Shown here: one piece after another, positions 52,182 to 61,591 of the stretch
How the letters are laid out: the number at the start of each line of letters is the position of its first letter
Numbering within the stretch: position 1 is the stretch's first letter
NCBI GenBank assembly: GCA_038851035.1
Contig: JAWCLH010000006.1
Span: forward strand, 25,769 to 89,768
Origin: Thermoplasmata archaeon
GTDB lineage: Archaea > Thermoplasmatota > DTKX01 > VGTL01
Direction of reading: 5' to 3'
Length of the DNA: 64,000 bases
Made by a program: the position numbers and the translations under genes
The notes under the pieces: generated by a model
Seen by the model: the letters and a program-made list of their open reading frames with translations, nothing else
The model's database searches: none
Told to the model about the DNA's origin: nothing

Positions 52182-53993
52182 TTGTTTCCCGATGGGGTTC
52201 CGGGCCTGCGCGGGAGGCTAGCTCGCGGGTCGGGAGGGAGGCGTGCACTCGTTGCTGTAGCTGTGGCTCTGGCCCTCCTCGCCCAGACCCCGATGTGCCG
52301 GGAGGCCGGGAGCAAGAGCTCCAGACCGCAGGCCCCGGGCGGCTCCTTCGTCTCCGAGAAGGCCGGCTTCACCCTCATACACCTCGAGGGCGACCCGCGG
52401 ACGATCGGTCTGGAGCACGGCCGGCTTCTCGCGGACAAAATCGAGAGGGGCATGGCCGCCTACGCCCACTGCTCGATGGACTGGTACGGCTTCACCTGGG
52501 CCCAGTGCCGCGCCACCGCCCTCCTCTTCTGGACAAGGGTTCCGGCCGAGTACCAGCAGGAGATTCAGGGCATCGCCGAGGGCGCCGCCTCCGCTGGCGT
52601 CAGGAACCCCGACGGGGCTCTTGTTGACTGGATTGATGTTCTCGCCTACAACGCCCAGTGGGACATCTGGTGGACCCTCACATCGCCCGGAAACCCGCTC
52701 TGGTGGTGGCCCTTTCATAGGGATGAGGAGTGGCCGCACCATTGCTCCGGCTTCGTCGCCACAGGTCCCGACTGGACCGCGGACGGCGGCTTCGTGCTCG
52801 CCCAGAGTCTCTGGATGCCGTATTTCCTACCGCCAGCGCACGCGGTCTGGTGCGATCTCGTCCCAAACCAGGGCAACAGAATTTTCATGCAGCTGACCGC
52901 CGGGATGATATGGTCAGGGACGGAATATTACATCAACTCCGCGGGCCTCGTCGCGGCCGAGACGACACTAGGCCACGGAGCCCATGTATGGGGCGGCACG
53001 CCCGCCTTCGTCAGGGTACGGAGGGCAATTCAGTACGCCTCGACCATTGACGAGTTCAGGGAGCAGATGCTCAGGGACACCAACGGCGCCTACTGCTCTG
53101 ACTATCTGCTCGCCGATGTGAAGAGCAACGAGGTCGCGGTGCTCGAGCTCGGTGGAAGGACATGGGCGCTGGCGAGGACGAGCAATGGCTTCCTCCCCTC
53201 CTGCAACTATCCATGGGACCCGACGGTGGCCGCAGAGATGGGCGCCCCACAGGGCGCGGCCCACGGGTGCTGGCCGAGGTGGATTCGAATTCAGGACCTC
53301 TGCAACAGCTCGAAGGGAAACATAACCGTCGAGTTCGGCAAGGCGCTCCTCGGCGACCATTACGACACCACCGTCGGTTACGAGAACCCGGGGAGGTACA
53401 GCCTCTGCGGCCACGGCGAGAACACCACCCGCGGCTACCCGCACGGCTCCCAGGACGGGAAGGTGACGAACCGGACAATGGCCTCTCGAATGCAGGTCTG
53501 GGCTCGTTACGGCCATTCCTGTGGCCAGCCTTTCTACAAGGAGCTGCACGCGGCGGAGCACCCCGACTACGCCTTCGACGACCTGGAGGACATGATTGCG
53601 GGCCCCTGGAGCACATTCGGCGCGCTCAACCCCCTAGAGCTGTCGGTGCTCGACTCCAGCGGCCAGCCCGTCCGGGGCTCGCGGGTGAGGGCCGAGGACG
53701 TGTATGATGGCAACACAACTTGGTTCGAGCTCCCGGAGGGCAGGCTCCTCATCGAGCGCTTCATGACCGGCGTCTACAATTTCACGGCGGAGAAGGGTGG
53801 CCTGAAGGTCAGGGAGCGGTTTGAAGTCTCCGGGCCCCGGTCGGTCGAGCTTTTCCTTAGGGAAAGCGGTAGTGGGTCGGTGGCGGGAGGCCACCTCGCG
53901 GTTGCGGCCGGCGCGGCGGGCATCGCGGCAGTATCGCTGGGATGGGTGATGTGGAGGAGGATGAAGAACTCGCGAGTCCGGGGGCGGAGCTGA
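52182..53993 (+). CDS. Secreted, C-terminally anchored peptidase C45 / Ntn-hydrolase-like protein with a carboxypeptidase-regulatory-like beta-sandwich
   Basis: The sequence FTLIHLEGDPRTIGLEHGRLLADKI resembles the C45 (acyl-CoA:6-APA acyltransferase) N-terminal block. The candidate nucleophile context is HHCSGFVATG. A later module is LSVLDSSGQPVRGSRVRAEDVYDGNTTWFELPEGRL...GVYNFTAEKGG. The TM is LAVAAGAAGIAAVSLGWVMW. The start is TTG and is uncertain. Confidence 0.55.
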   Translation: MFPDGVPGLRGRLARGSGGRRALVAVAVALALLAQTPMCREAGSKSSRPQAPGGSFVSEKAGFTLIHLEGDPRTIGLEHGRLLADKIERGMAAYAHCSMDWYGFTWAQCRATALLFWTRVPAEYQQEIQGIAEGAASAGVRNPDGALVDWIDVLAYNAQWDIWWTLTSPGNPLWWWPFHRDEEWPHHCSGFVATGPDWTADGGFVLAQSLWMPYFLPPAHAVWCDLVPNQGNRIFMQLTAGMIWSGTEYYINSAGLVAAETTLGHGAHVWGGTPAFVRVRRAIQYASTIDEFREQMLRDTNGAYCSDYLLADVKSNEVAVLELGGRTWALARTSNGFLPSCNYPWDPTVAAEMGAPQGAAHGCWPRWIRIQDLCNSSKGNITVEFGKALLGDHYDTTVGYENPGRYSLCGHGENTTRGYPHGSQDGKVTNRTMASRMQVWARYGHSCGQPFYKELHAAEHPDYAFDDLEDMIAGPWSTFGALNPLELSVLDSSGQPVRGSRVRAEDVYDGNTTWFELPEGRLLIERFMTGVYNFTAEKGGLKVRERFEVSGPRSVELFLRESGSGSVAGGHLAVAAGAAGIAAVSLGWVMWRRMKNSRVRGRS

Positions 53994-54003
53994 CGCGCCG
54001 GGT

Positions 54004-54309
54004 TTAATACTCCCTCCATCTGTGGTGGCACTTCGTGCACTCGTAAATGCGCGTCTCTGGCTCGTCCGCGGCCCGGGTCTGCCTGAGCACCCAGTAGGCC
54101 TCGCGCTGCCCGCACTTCGGGCACTCGGTGTCGTGCGTCGTGGGAAGGAGGCCAGCGTCCCCCTCAATAATAAGCGTCTCGCGGCTGTGGCACTCCTCCC
54201 TCACCGTCCTACGCTCGCCGTCGGAGACCTCCCTCTGGCACCCGCAGCGGCTGCAGCAGAGCCGGCCCTCCCGGGGGTGCATCAGCGCCCCGCACTCAGG
54301 ACAGAACAT
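54004..54309 (-). CDS. tfs: Transcription factor S (TFS / RpoM-like transcript cleavage factor)
   Basis: The N-terminal zinc ribbon is MFCPECGALM...CCSRCG. The C-terminal TFIIS-type ribbon is ECPKCGQREAYWVLRQTRAADEPETRIYECTKCHHRW, which includes the acidic DE loop. Confidence 0.93.
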   Translation of the reverse strand: MFCPECGALMHPREGRLCCSRCGCQREVSDGERRTVREECHSRETLIIEGDAGLLPTTHDTECPKCGQREAYWVLRQTRAADEPETRIYECTKCHHRWREY

Positions 54310-54412
54310 CGGGCGCTCGAAGGGTTTTCTTCTATATATTGATTTGCGGGGAGCCCGGGCCCGCGGTATCCGAGGAACTCGGGCCGCGCACCCGCAAAGA
54401 GGGGTGAGTGGA

Positions 54413-57400
54413 CTAAGTCAGGGGAGGCAGGTCCACGCCGCAGTGGGGGCATTTGACGAATCTGAGCTTGACCTCCTTCCCGCAGGCCGGGCAGAGACGG
54501 GTCGGAGGCATAGCACCCGTGTAGACCTTTGGCTTCGATGGGGGAGAGGTGTAGCGTGGTTCTGCCTCCGCGCCCGGTATACTATATCCCTCTATAGGGC
54601 CCCGGCCAGCTGGATACGCAGGGACTGGGACCGCTCCCGGTGGCTGGGGAACGTACGGCTGGGTGGTTGCGGGTGCGGGAACTCCAGGCGGAGGGGGCGG
54701 GAGTGGGTAGGCAGGAACCACCGCGCCTTTTGGCGCGGAAGGGGTGGGCGGGGGCGGCGGAGGCGGGGGCGGAGCCTGCGCAGGACCAGGAGGCGCCTGG
54801 GTCACTGCTTCTGAAGGAGGGGCCTGAGGCGCAGGCCTTTCTGCTTTCTCCTCTTTGCCTTCAGCGGCGGCCGGCTCCTCCCTTCTACGAGCACGCGCGG
54901 CGGCACCTGCAGCGGCGACGACAGCTAGGACGAGGACGACGATTGTAATTAGCATCCAGTCAGGCTGCTCCTTTGCGGGCGCGGGAGGGGATGCGATCGG
55001 GACGCTGATTGAGAGAAGCTCGCTCATCTCAGACCCTTCTCCATCCATGCACCAAAGGAGCACGGGCTCCCGCACCGAGGCACCCTGGGGGGCCGCTTTT
55101 ACCGACCTCATATTGAATGACACGGTTGCCTTCTCACCGGGTGCAATGTCACCGGCGAGCAGGGCTGGAATCTCCGCGCTCAGGAACTCCCCGCCCTCTT
55201 TTAGTGGCTCGGGGGCCAGCGGCGGCTGCTTGAAGGGCAAGAGGCCCGGGACTGCGAGCGCCGGTAGGGCAACCCATACTCCCCGCGCCGTCTCACCTCC
55301 GGAGTTGAGGACCGTGACGCTCAGTGTGAACGGCTTTCCGGGAGGGACCTCAGAGGGGGTAAGGGTGATATTGACAATAGAGAGTCTGGGCGGTGCGGGG
55401 AGAATTCTGATAATGATGCTTCTCGAGAGCTCGAAAGCCTCGCCGGAAGCGAAGTACCTCCCGCTAAGCGAGGCCTCTATCTCGTAGCTACCGGGGGAGG
55501 ACGAGGGGTCTATAAGAGCATTAATGGTGGTTTCAAGCTCAGAGAGGGGCTGGAGGGCGCTGATGCGTCTCTCGGGGAGCCAGCTCGAGTTGCTGTCTAG
55601 AGGGCTGATGAGGGGGGTGGGGGGACCCGCCCGGAGTCTCAATGTGATATCGGAGAGGAGAGCGCCGCCTGAGTTAATCAATTTGACCGGAATTTTAACG
55701 GAGCTGCCGGCGCCCGGAACCGCGGATGGCAGGACGGCACCGGAGGCTATGGAGAGCAAGGGGCCAAAGACCGAGAACCTCACAGGAATCTTCAGCTCCG
55801 TGCCTATGGGGAGACCCGTGTCGGCGTTCGTGCCGTTCAGCCTGAGGGTCAGCGCCTGTAGGCCCGAGGGTGTGCTCCTGTTGAGGCTGGCGAGGAACAC
55901 AAGAGGGACCTCCTCTCCTGGGTCGAGGAGCGATACGTGAACCGGCTCCAAGGTCTTCGATAGCGGGCTGAGGGGGTTGACGAGCGGGGTACCCGGACCC
56001 GCTAGCAGGGTCAGCTCCGCCGACCGAATTGCGAAGCTCTCCTCGTTCCGGACAGAGAGCTTTATCGATATCCCCTCCGACTCGCCGCTCGGATTGAGTA
56101 CGATGGGTGGGAGAGAGACCACGGCGAGTGAGGTCTGGAGGTCCCTCACTTCGAGCTCAATGTATGGGGCGCGGCCCCTCAGAATTTTGAACAGAGCATC
56201 GTTCATTGGGACCAGCGTCGAGGCTCCACCAAGCGCACCCTCATTCTCGTAGTACCCGGAGTAGGTAAGTGTTAGCCTGTGGGTCCCTGGGGGTATCGAG
56301 CCCAAGACCCTAAGTGGGAAGAGCGCTGTGGTGGTGGAGCCAGCGGGGATGGAGCTCAAGGTGCAGCTCGGCACGCCGGGAACCCTCTTTCCGCTCCCAT
56401 CGTACCCCATCCCATCCCCCATAAAAAAGCTGGATGCGTCCAAGGTTACCTTCACCAGCTTCAGGTCTGTATTCCCCTCGTTGCTTAGATGGACTGTCAG
56501 GTTGAATGACTCAATCCCTTGGTAAATAATTGAAGGCGAGGTCGAGGTTGCGTTGAGGAGGGGAGTGTATTCGAGCCTGAATGTCAGGGGAATTCCCTCC
56601 TCCGCGGCCGCAACCCCGTTTACGCCGCCGTCCCAATTACGATCTTTAATATATTGGAGACGGAGAGTGATGTTGGCGCGCTGTGCGTCGTAGACCCCGG
56701 GGGGTGTGACTGAGACGTCCACCCTGAAGAAGAAAACCGTGCAGTCCGAGACACTGTTTGCGCTGGAGGTGAGAGTGGTGGTCCCTGAGGGTGCGAGCTG
56801 TAGGGGGCTAGTTTGGGGCACCACCAGCGTTGCGATCACAGAGGACAAAGAACCCGCAAGTGGTGTGACAGGAACCCCGATGAGCTGGAACCTCGCGCTC
56901 GCGTAAAGTGGCATCGGGTTCAGGCTCTCGTCCAGCACCTCCGGTGCCCCGACCTGCACATTGGAAGCGATTTCCAACCGGATATTGCTCTCTTCCTCGG
57001 TTTGCCTCGTGGACCACTCGGGTCCGAGCACGGGATCCCAGGAGGTCTGGAAAACGTATGAAACAGCGACCGATACGTTGTATCTGCCGGCCCTGGCTCC
57101 CAGCCCCTTCACATCCAGAGAAAGACCAGTCAGGGTGAGATAGTTCCTTGGCTCGCCGATATGCCCGAGCATGTAGCCATCGCCCCCATTGTCGTCCCTG
57201 GCTACGTCCCAAGTTACGGGCGATTCGGCAGCTTGGAGTCGGTTCCCCTTCTCGTCCAGCACTGCCCTCACCTCGATGGTGAGGTTGTAGAGCCTTTCGT
57301 CCCCGTTTGCCGAGTTTCCGTCAGAGGCGCGGAGGTTGCGGAGCGTCACGGCCAGCGACACGTTCTGATCACCGATGCGTAACGGCGAGGTTGGCAGGGA

Positions 57401-57562
57401 CCAGTCGGTGACGACAACCCAATCATCACCATTCTCGTTCGGGCCCCTCCCTCCGGCCCCCTGACAGGGGGAAAGTGGAAGAAGCGGAATGAGGCCCAGC
57501 ACAAGGATAGTCAGAGCGGTCAGAGACGAACCCAAGCGCCTGGTCTGTATCCGGTTCTTCAT
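54413..57562 (-). CDS. Large type I surface protein with multiple CARDB/NEW3-like beta-sandwich modules, a TM helix, and a 160-aa Pro/Tyr-rich cytoplasmic tail ending in a zinc ribbon
   Basis: It has a signal peptide (LGSSLTALTILVLGLIPLLPLSPCQGA). Motifs recur (HLSNEGNTDLKLVKVTL, SVRNEESFAIRSAELTL, KLINSGGALLSDITLRL, TVLNSGGETARGVWVAL). The TM is WMLITIVVLVLAVVAAAGAAA, followed by RARRRE. The tail contains a P9 run and ends in CPACGKEVKLRFVKCPHCG. Confidence 0.8.
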   Translation of the reverse strand: MKNRIQTRRLGSSLTALTILVLGLIPLLPLSPCQGAGGRGPNENGDDWVVVTDWSLPTSPLRIGDQNVSLAVTLRNLRASDGNSANGDERLYNLTIEVRAVLDEKGNRLQAAESPVTWDVARDDNGGDGYMLGHIGEPRNYLTLTGLSLDVKGLGARAGRYNVSVAVSYVFQTSWDPVLGPEWSTRQTEEESNIRLEIASNVQVGAPEVLDESLNPMPLYASARFQLIGVPVTPLAGSLSSVIATLVVPQTSPLQLAPSGTTTLTSSANSVSDCTVFFFRVDVSVTPPGVYDAQRANITLRLQYIKDRNWDGGVNGVAAAEEGIPLTFRLEYTPLLNATSTSPSIIYQGIESFNLTVHLSNEGNTDLKLVKVTLDASSFFMGDGMGYDGSGKRVPGVPSCTLSSIPAGSTTTALFPLRVLGSIPPGTHRLTLTYSGYYENEGALGGASTLVPMNDALFKILRGRAPYIELEVRDLQTSLAVVSLPPIVLNPSGESEGISIKLSVRNEESFAIRSAELTLLAGPGTPLVNPLSPLSKTLEPVHVSLLDPGEEVPLVFLASLNRSTPSGLQALTLRLNGTNADTGLPIGTELKIPVRFSVFGPLLSIASGAVLPSAVPGAGSSVKIPVKLINSGGALLSDITLRLRAGPPTPLISPLDSNSSWLPERRISALQPLSELETTINALIDPSSSPGSYEIEASLSGRYFASGEAFELSRSIIIRILPAPPRLSIVNITLTPSEVPPGKPFTLSVTVLNSGGETARGVWVALPALAVPGLLPFKQPPLAPEPLKEGGEFLSAEIPALLAGDIAPGEKATVSFNMRSVKAAPQGASVREPVLLWCMDGEGSEMSELLSISVPIASPPAPAKEQPDWMLITIVVLVLAVVAAAGAAARARRREEPAAAEGKEEKAERPAPQAPPSEAVTQAPPGPAQAPPPPPPPPPTPSAPKGAVVPAYPLPPPPPGVPAPATTQPYVPQPPGAVPVPAYPAGRGPIEGYSIPGAEAEPRYTSPPSKPKVYTGAMPPTRLCPACGKEVKLRFVKCPHCGVDLPPLT

Positions 57563-57620
57563 CCGTTCACAGCCCCTTCCATAATTTTTGTATATGTGCT
57601 CGATGGGTTAATAAGGATTG

Positions 57621-59633
57621 TCAATCCTCCTCTCCCCATACATCACCCGGCTTCGCCATCGCTGCCAACCCATGCCTGACTTTGACAGCCACGCCCCTCT
57701 TGAATGACATCATCTCATCCCTCACCATCACCGTTCTTCCTACAGCGACGAGCCTGTCCTCCCTGTCCACCACCAATGCCTCCTCTCCGGGCCTGAGCTC
57801 AGGGTCGCAATCAAGGACGAACCTCGCGAAGACGCTCCTCCCCTGTGCGGCATACTCAGCAGCTTCTGCATTTACAGAAACGCGCAGTCGGGGAGGGGGG
57901 AAGTAGCGCCTGAGCCTCTCGCCACCCGCGAGCCTCAAAGAGAAGAGGCCGTCGCTGGCCCTGAGGGACATCACGTGCTCTCCGTCAACCATTACCCGTC
58001 TCACCCTGCCCGTGCTGGGCGATTTGATGAGCTCGACCCTTCCCTTCAGGAGAGCCTGTGCGGCCCCCGCTCCGAACTGCATATCCGCTGTGGCGACGAC
58101 GGCGAGAAGGTCGAGGTCGGGTGGGGGCCCCGTTCGGGGTCGCACAAGCATCTCAAGGTTAGTCAATGTGTTCTCCCCTTCCCAGACGATTGAGAACTTC
58201 GACTTGAGACCGTGGGAGAAGCGCTCCATTACTTTTCTGATACCAGCGAGCGACTCCGCGTCGAGTTCTTCGGGAACTACGGACTGGGCAATTGGGTACA
58301 TGTGGTCGAGCTCTAGCGGAACCGGCCCGAAGAAAGAGGTCACTACGAAACGTGCGTCCCAGCGCTCCGATATCCTCGCCACTGCCTCGGCATAGTGCCT
58401 GGAGTAGGGCCGGGGCCCCTCAGGAAAGCACACTGTGACCTCGCACTCTGGCTGGCTGTATCTCTCGAAAAGGCGACACCGCCACCTCACGACTTCCGGC
58501 CTGAGCGAGGACTCCGGTCCCTTGTAAAAAAACGCCCCTGGCCTTGAAACCGAAGCGTACCTCTCGAGGTAGTCGGAATACTTCCCGAGTCTCCTCAGAG
58601 CATCCAGGAGGGCGGGATGGGCCCTGCACCTTTCCTCGACAAGTTCCCACAAGTTTCCCTCGAGAATCGCCTGCCTGACCGCCCTGAGCTCGGAGAAGCA
58701 GAGGTGGAGGTTGTGCTCGGCCAGGAGGCGCTCCCTCTCCTTTTCCTCCATACCCATCAGCTCCGTGGGCGTGGTAGAGGTGCAGACGGGGCAGGGGCAA
58801 GGGAGGTGGGAGAGATCTCTGAGATGTCTGGTCCCGCCAGGCAACATATACCTGCCGTCGCGTGCGTATTTGGCATAGGAGGCCGAGTCGAATGTGTCGC
58901 ACCCCAGAAGGGTTGCTAGTGGTAATGTCATCGGGTGGCCTGCACCGAAGAGGTGGATAGGCCTCGACGGGTTGAGAACCATCCGAGAGGAGACGATTAA
59001 ATCCACGAGCTCAGCAAAACGGTAGGACTCCATCAGAGGCACAACTCCCCCTATGCCCTGCAGCGCGCATTCCAGCCCCGCCACCGCCTCAGCCGCTTTC
59101 TTCCTCAGGTGAGGGAAGACCCCACCCTGCACCGTGAGGACAAGGCCCTGGCCTGTCTTCACCTCTCGAAAGCGCTCTGAGGCCTCGCGAGCCCTCCGTA
59201 GGTTCTCCGTTAGCTCCTCCGCCACCCTGTTCTCAGGAGCGTCGGGCCCCGAGAAGAGGTCGAGCATGGTGCAGAGGTCTGAGCCAATTTCGAGCTGGAA
59301 GTCGAGAATCTCCTTTTGGTCGACACCCACGCCGCCGTAGACATACTCCTGAAATGTGCCCGAATCGGTCATCACTGGGCCGTCGAAGCCGAGAAGGTCG
59401 TGCACACCCTCGCGCCGCGCTCTCTCCCGCAGCTCGGGGCTAGAATGGATGATGTAAGAGTTGGTGATGACGATTGGAACGCCGAATTTGCGCTTGAGCT
59501 CTGTTGCGGGAATCATTGTCTGGCCCGGGTGAATCACTGGAAGCAGCGCGGGTGTCTCAACCACCCCATGTGGGGTTTCGAGGCGACCGATCCTGGCAAG
59601 ACCATCCCTAGCCTTCATCTCGAAACGGGTCAT
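57621..59633 (-). CDS. tgtA: Archaeosine tRNA-guanine transglycosylase (ArcTGT) with C-terminal C1-C2-PUA domains
   Basis: I prefer the internal ATG at 59633 (MTRFEMKARDGLARIGRLETPHGVVETPALLPVIHP). Conserved blocks are ITNSYI, VMTDSGTFQ, FGAGHP and the zinc site CPCPVC. The C-terminal PUA core is EEALVVDREDRLVAVGRTVM. Confidence 0.93.
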   Translation of the reverse strand: MTRFEMKARDGLARIGRLETPHGVVETPALLPVIHPGQTMIPATELKRKFGVPIVITNSYIIHSSPELRERARREGVHDLLGFDGPVMTDSGTFQEYVYGGVGVDQKEILDFQLEIGSDLCTMLDLFSGPDAPENRVAEELTENLRRAREASERFREVKTGQGLVLTVQGGVFPHLRKKAAEAVAGLECALQGIGGVVPLMESYRFAELVDLIVSSRMVLNPSRPIHLFGAGHPMTLPLATLLGCDTFDSASYAKYARDGRYMLPGGTRHLRDLSHLPCPCPVCTSTTPTELMGMEEKERERLLAEHNLHLCFSELRAVRQAILEGNLWELVEERCRAHPALLDALRRLGKYSDYLERYASVSRPGAFFYKGPESSLRPEVVRWRCRLFERYSQPECEVTVCFPEGPRPYSRHYAEAVARISERWDARFVVTSFFGPVPLELDHMYPIAQSVVPEELDAESLAGIRKVMERFSHGLKSKFSIVWEGENTLTNLEMLVRPRTGPPPDLDLLAVVATADMQFGAGAAQALLKGRVELIKSPSTGRVRRVMVDGEHVMSLRASDGLFSLRLAGGERLRRYFPPPRLRVSVNAEAAEYAAQGRSVFARFVLDCDPELRPGEEALVVDREDRLVAVGRTVMVRDEMMSFKRGVAVKVRHGLAAMAKPGDVWGEED

Positions 59634-60268
59634 CCCTCGCCCCCCCTTCTCAATTCTCTGTGACAGAAGTCCCAGAGGATGGAGGGGTCGGCTAGGACCT
59701 CTGAGCGCATCCATGCGCGTAGGGGGGCCATCAGGGTCCTTTTGAGCTCATGAGCGCTGAACCTCCTCGCCTCTTCTACATATATCGTATATACGCCTTT
59801 TGCGCCGGCCAGACCGGATCTCAGGTAATCTCTACCCTCCTCGAGGACAAACGCCACCTGAACATAGGTCCTGCCGCGCAGCCTGCGCAGCTCTGCCTTG
59901 AGCGTGTGCCTGTAGGGAAAAACGCTCTCCTCCAGCGAGGCCTCCCTCAGTGCGGAGAAATTGAAACCATCCCTAAACCTGTAGCGCTTTCGGCCCTCGT
60001 AGATTACGAAATCCCACTGCCAGGGACTCATCCTGAGCTCTCGGCCAAGGTCTACAGCGAAGCGAATCCAGATGTTGAAGAATATTTCCAGCACCCCCCT
60101 CATAACCCTCTCACGTTGCGCGGGCGTGATGTCCTCGGCGCTCCTCCCAATCTCCTCGGCTGAGAGCCTCTCCAGTTCCCTGTCGAGCAACCTGAGCCCC
60201 TGGGCCGTCGCTTTGGTCGCTCTATCGCCGGCCCTTATTCTGACACCGGACCCTCTCCGTGGCTTCAT
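59630..60268 (-). CDS. Hypothetical protein, translationally coupled to tgtA
   Basis: The ATG at 60268 gives MKPRRGSGVRIRAGDR... A TTTATTA box at 60301-60307 lies upstream of this ATG but inside the longer track ORF (to 60355). The stop overlaps the tgtA start (ATGA-type overlap at 59630-59633). I recognise no motif. Confidence 0.6.
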   Translation of the reverse strand: MKPRRGSGVRIRAGDRATKATAQGLRLLDRELERLSAEEIGRSAEDITPAQRERVMRGVLEIFFNIWIRFAVDLGRELRMSPWQWDFVIYEGRKRYRFRDGFNFSALREASLEESVFPYRHTLKAELRRLRGRTYVQVAFVLEEGRDYLRSGLAGAKGVYTIYVEEARRFSAHELKRTLMAPLRAWMRSEVLADPSILWDFCHRELRRGGEG

Positions 60269-60362
60269 CCCCGTCACAAAATTGTGATGGGTCTGCGGGT
60301 TAATAAACATGAGAGTGCGGGAGCGAGGGGAGTCAATAGAACGTAAAGTCCCCAAAGTAAAG

Positions 60363-60380
60363 CCTTATATTTCTCTAATT
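60363..60380 (+). promoter_or_regulatory. TATA-box-like element and SD-like site upstream of ftsZ
   Basis: The element ccttatatttctctaatt lies about 40-50 nt upstream of the ATG at 60415. The SD-like agaggtggtg lies 6-14 nt upstream of the ATG. Confidence 0.45.
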
Positions 60381-60414
60381 ACATGTCGTTTTCCGGTGTA
60401 GAGGTGGTGTAGGT

Positions 60415-61533
60415 ATGAAGTCTCTAATCGACAGTGCTCTCACGCGCACTGGCCTACCGGAACAGGCTCAGGCCCCGACGCCCGAGACGCCGGACGACAA
60501 GGAGCTGATGGAGCTGATTGAGGGGCTCAAGCTCTCCATCAAGGTGTTCGGGTGCGGTGGCGGTGGCTCAAACACGATAACAAGGCTGATGAACGAGGGC
60601 GTCGTCGGCGCGGAACTCATCGCCTGCAATACTGACGCTAGGCATCTTCTCAACACCCACGCGCACAAGAAGATTCTTCTTGGAAGGAAGGTAACAAAGG
60701 GGCTCGGCGCGGGGGGCGAGCCAGCAATGGGCGAGCAGTCCGCAAGGGAGGCCGAGGAGGAGCTGAAGAAGGCAGTGGCCGGGGCACACATCGTATTCAT
60801 CGCCGCCGGGCTAGGTGGCGGAACCGGCACCGGCTCCGCTCCAATCGTAGCCCAGCTCGCCAAGCAGGCCGGTGCAATGGTTATCGCTTTCGTCACGAAG
60901 CCGTTCAAGGGCGAGGGGCGCAGGAGGATGGAGGAGGCGGACGCGGGTCTTGCTAGGCTGAGCGCCGTCGCGGACACCGTCGTCGTGATATCCAACGACA
61001 AACTACTTGAAATGGCGCCGAAGCTGCCCATCAACCAGGCCTTCCTCGTCCTCGACGAGCTGCTGATGGACTCGATGAAGTCCATAATCGAGTTAGTGAC
61101 GAAGCCGGGCCTAGTCAATCTGGACTACAACGACCTTAAGACCATCATTGACGGTGGCGGGGTCTCGGTGATGGGGCTAGGGGAGTCGGACGCCCCCGGG
61201 GGGGAGAGGGTAGACGAGGCCGTGAACGCCGTGCTCAACTGCCCTCTTCTGGAGTACGACATCCGCAACGCCACCGGAGCCCTCGTGAAGATCACCGGCG
61301 GTCCGGACATGACCCTGGCCGAGGCCGAGAGGGTCGCGGAGATAATCCAGTCCAAGGTCAACCCCAACACCCGGCTGATATGGGGCGCGGCGGTTGAGCC
61401 TGAGATGAAGGGCACGGTAAAGGTGATGCTCGTGGTCACGGGCGTCACATCGAAGCAGATTGTAGGCCGGACCGACCGCACAGCCATCCAGTATGCCGGA
61501 GCTGGGCAGAGCGGCCTCGACATCGTGCGCTGA
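60415..61533 (+). CDS. ftsZ: Cell division GTPase FtsZ
   Basis: The sequence has GCGGGGSNTI, the tubulin signature GLGGGTGTGSAP, and NTDARHL, FVTKPFKGEG and ISNDKLL. Confidence 0.95.
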   Translation: MKSLIDSALTRTGLPEQAQAPTPETPDDKELMELIEGLKLSIKVFGCGGGGSNTITRLMNEGVVGAELIACNTDARHLLNTHAHKKILLGRKVTKGLGAGGEPAMGEQSAREAEEELKKAVAGAHIVFIAAGLGGGTGTGSAPIVAQLAKQAGAMVIAFVTKPFKGEGRRRMEEADAGLARLSAVADTVVVISNDKLLEMAPKLPINQAFLVLDELLMDSMKSIIELVTKPGLVNLDYNDLKTIIDGGGVSVMGLGESDAPGGERVDEAVNAVLNCPLLEYDIRNATGALVKITGGPDMTLAEAERVAEIIQSKVNPNTRLIWGAAVEPEMKGTVKVMLVVTGVTSKQIVGRTDRTAIQYAGAGQSGLDIVR

Positions 61534-61591
61534 ATATTCACCCTTGGGGCGAGCGGTCGCGGAATCCGGCAGACTTACTCTCTCCGGTAGC

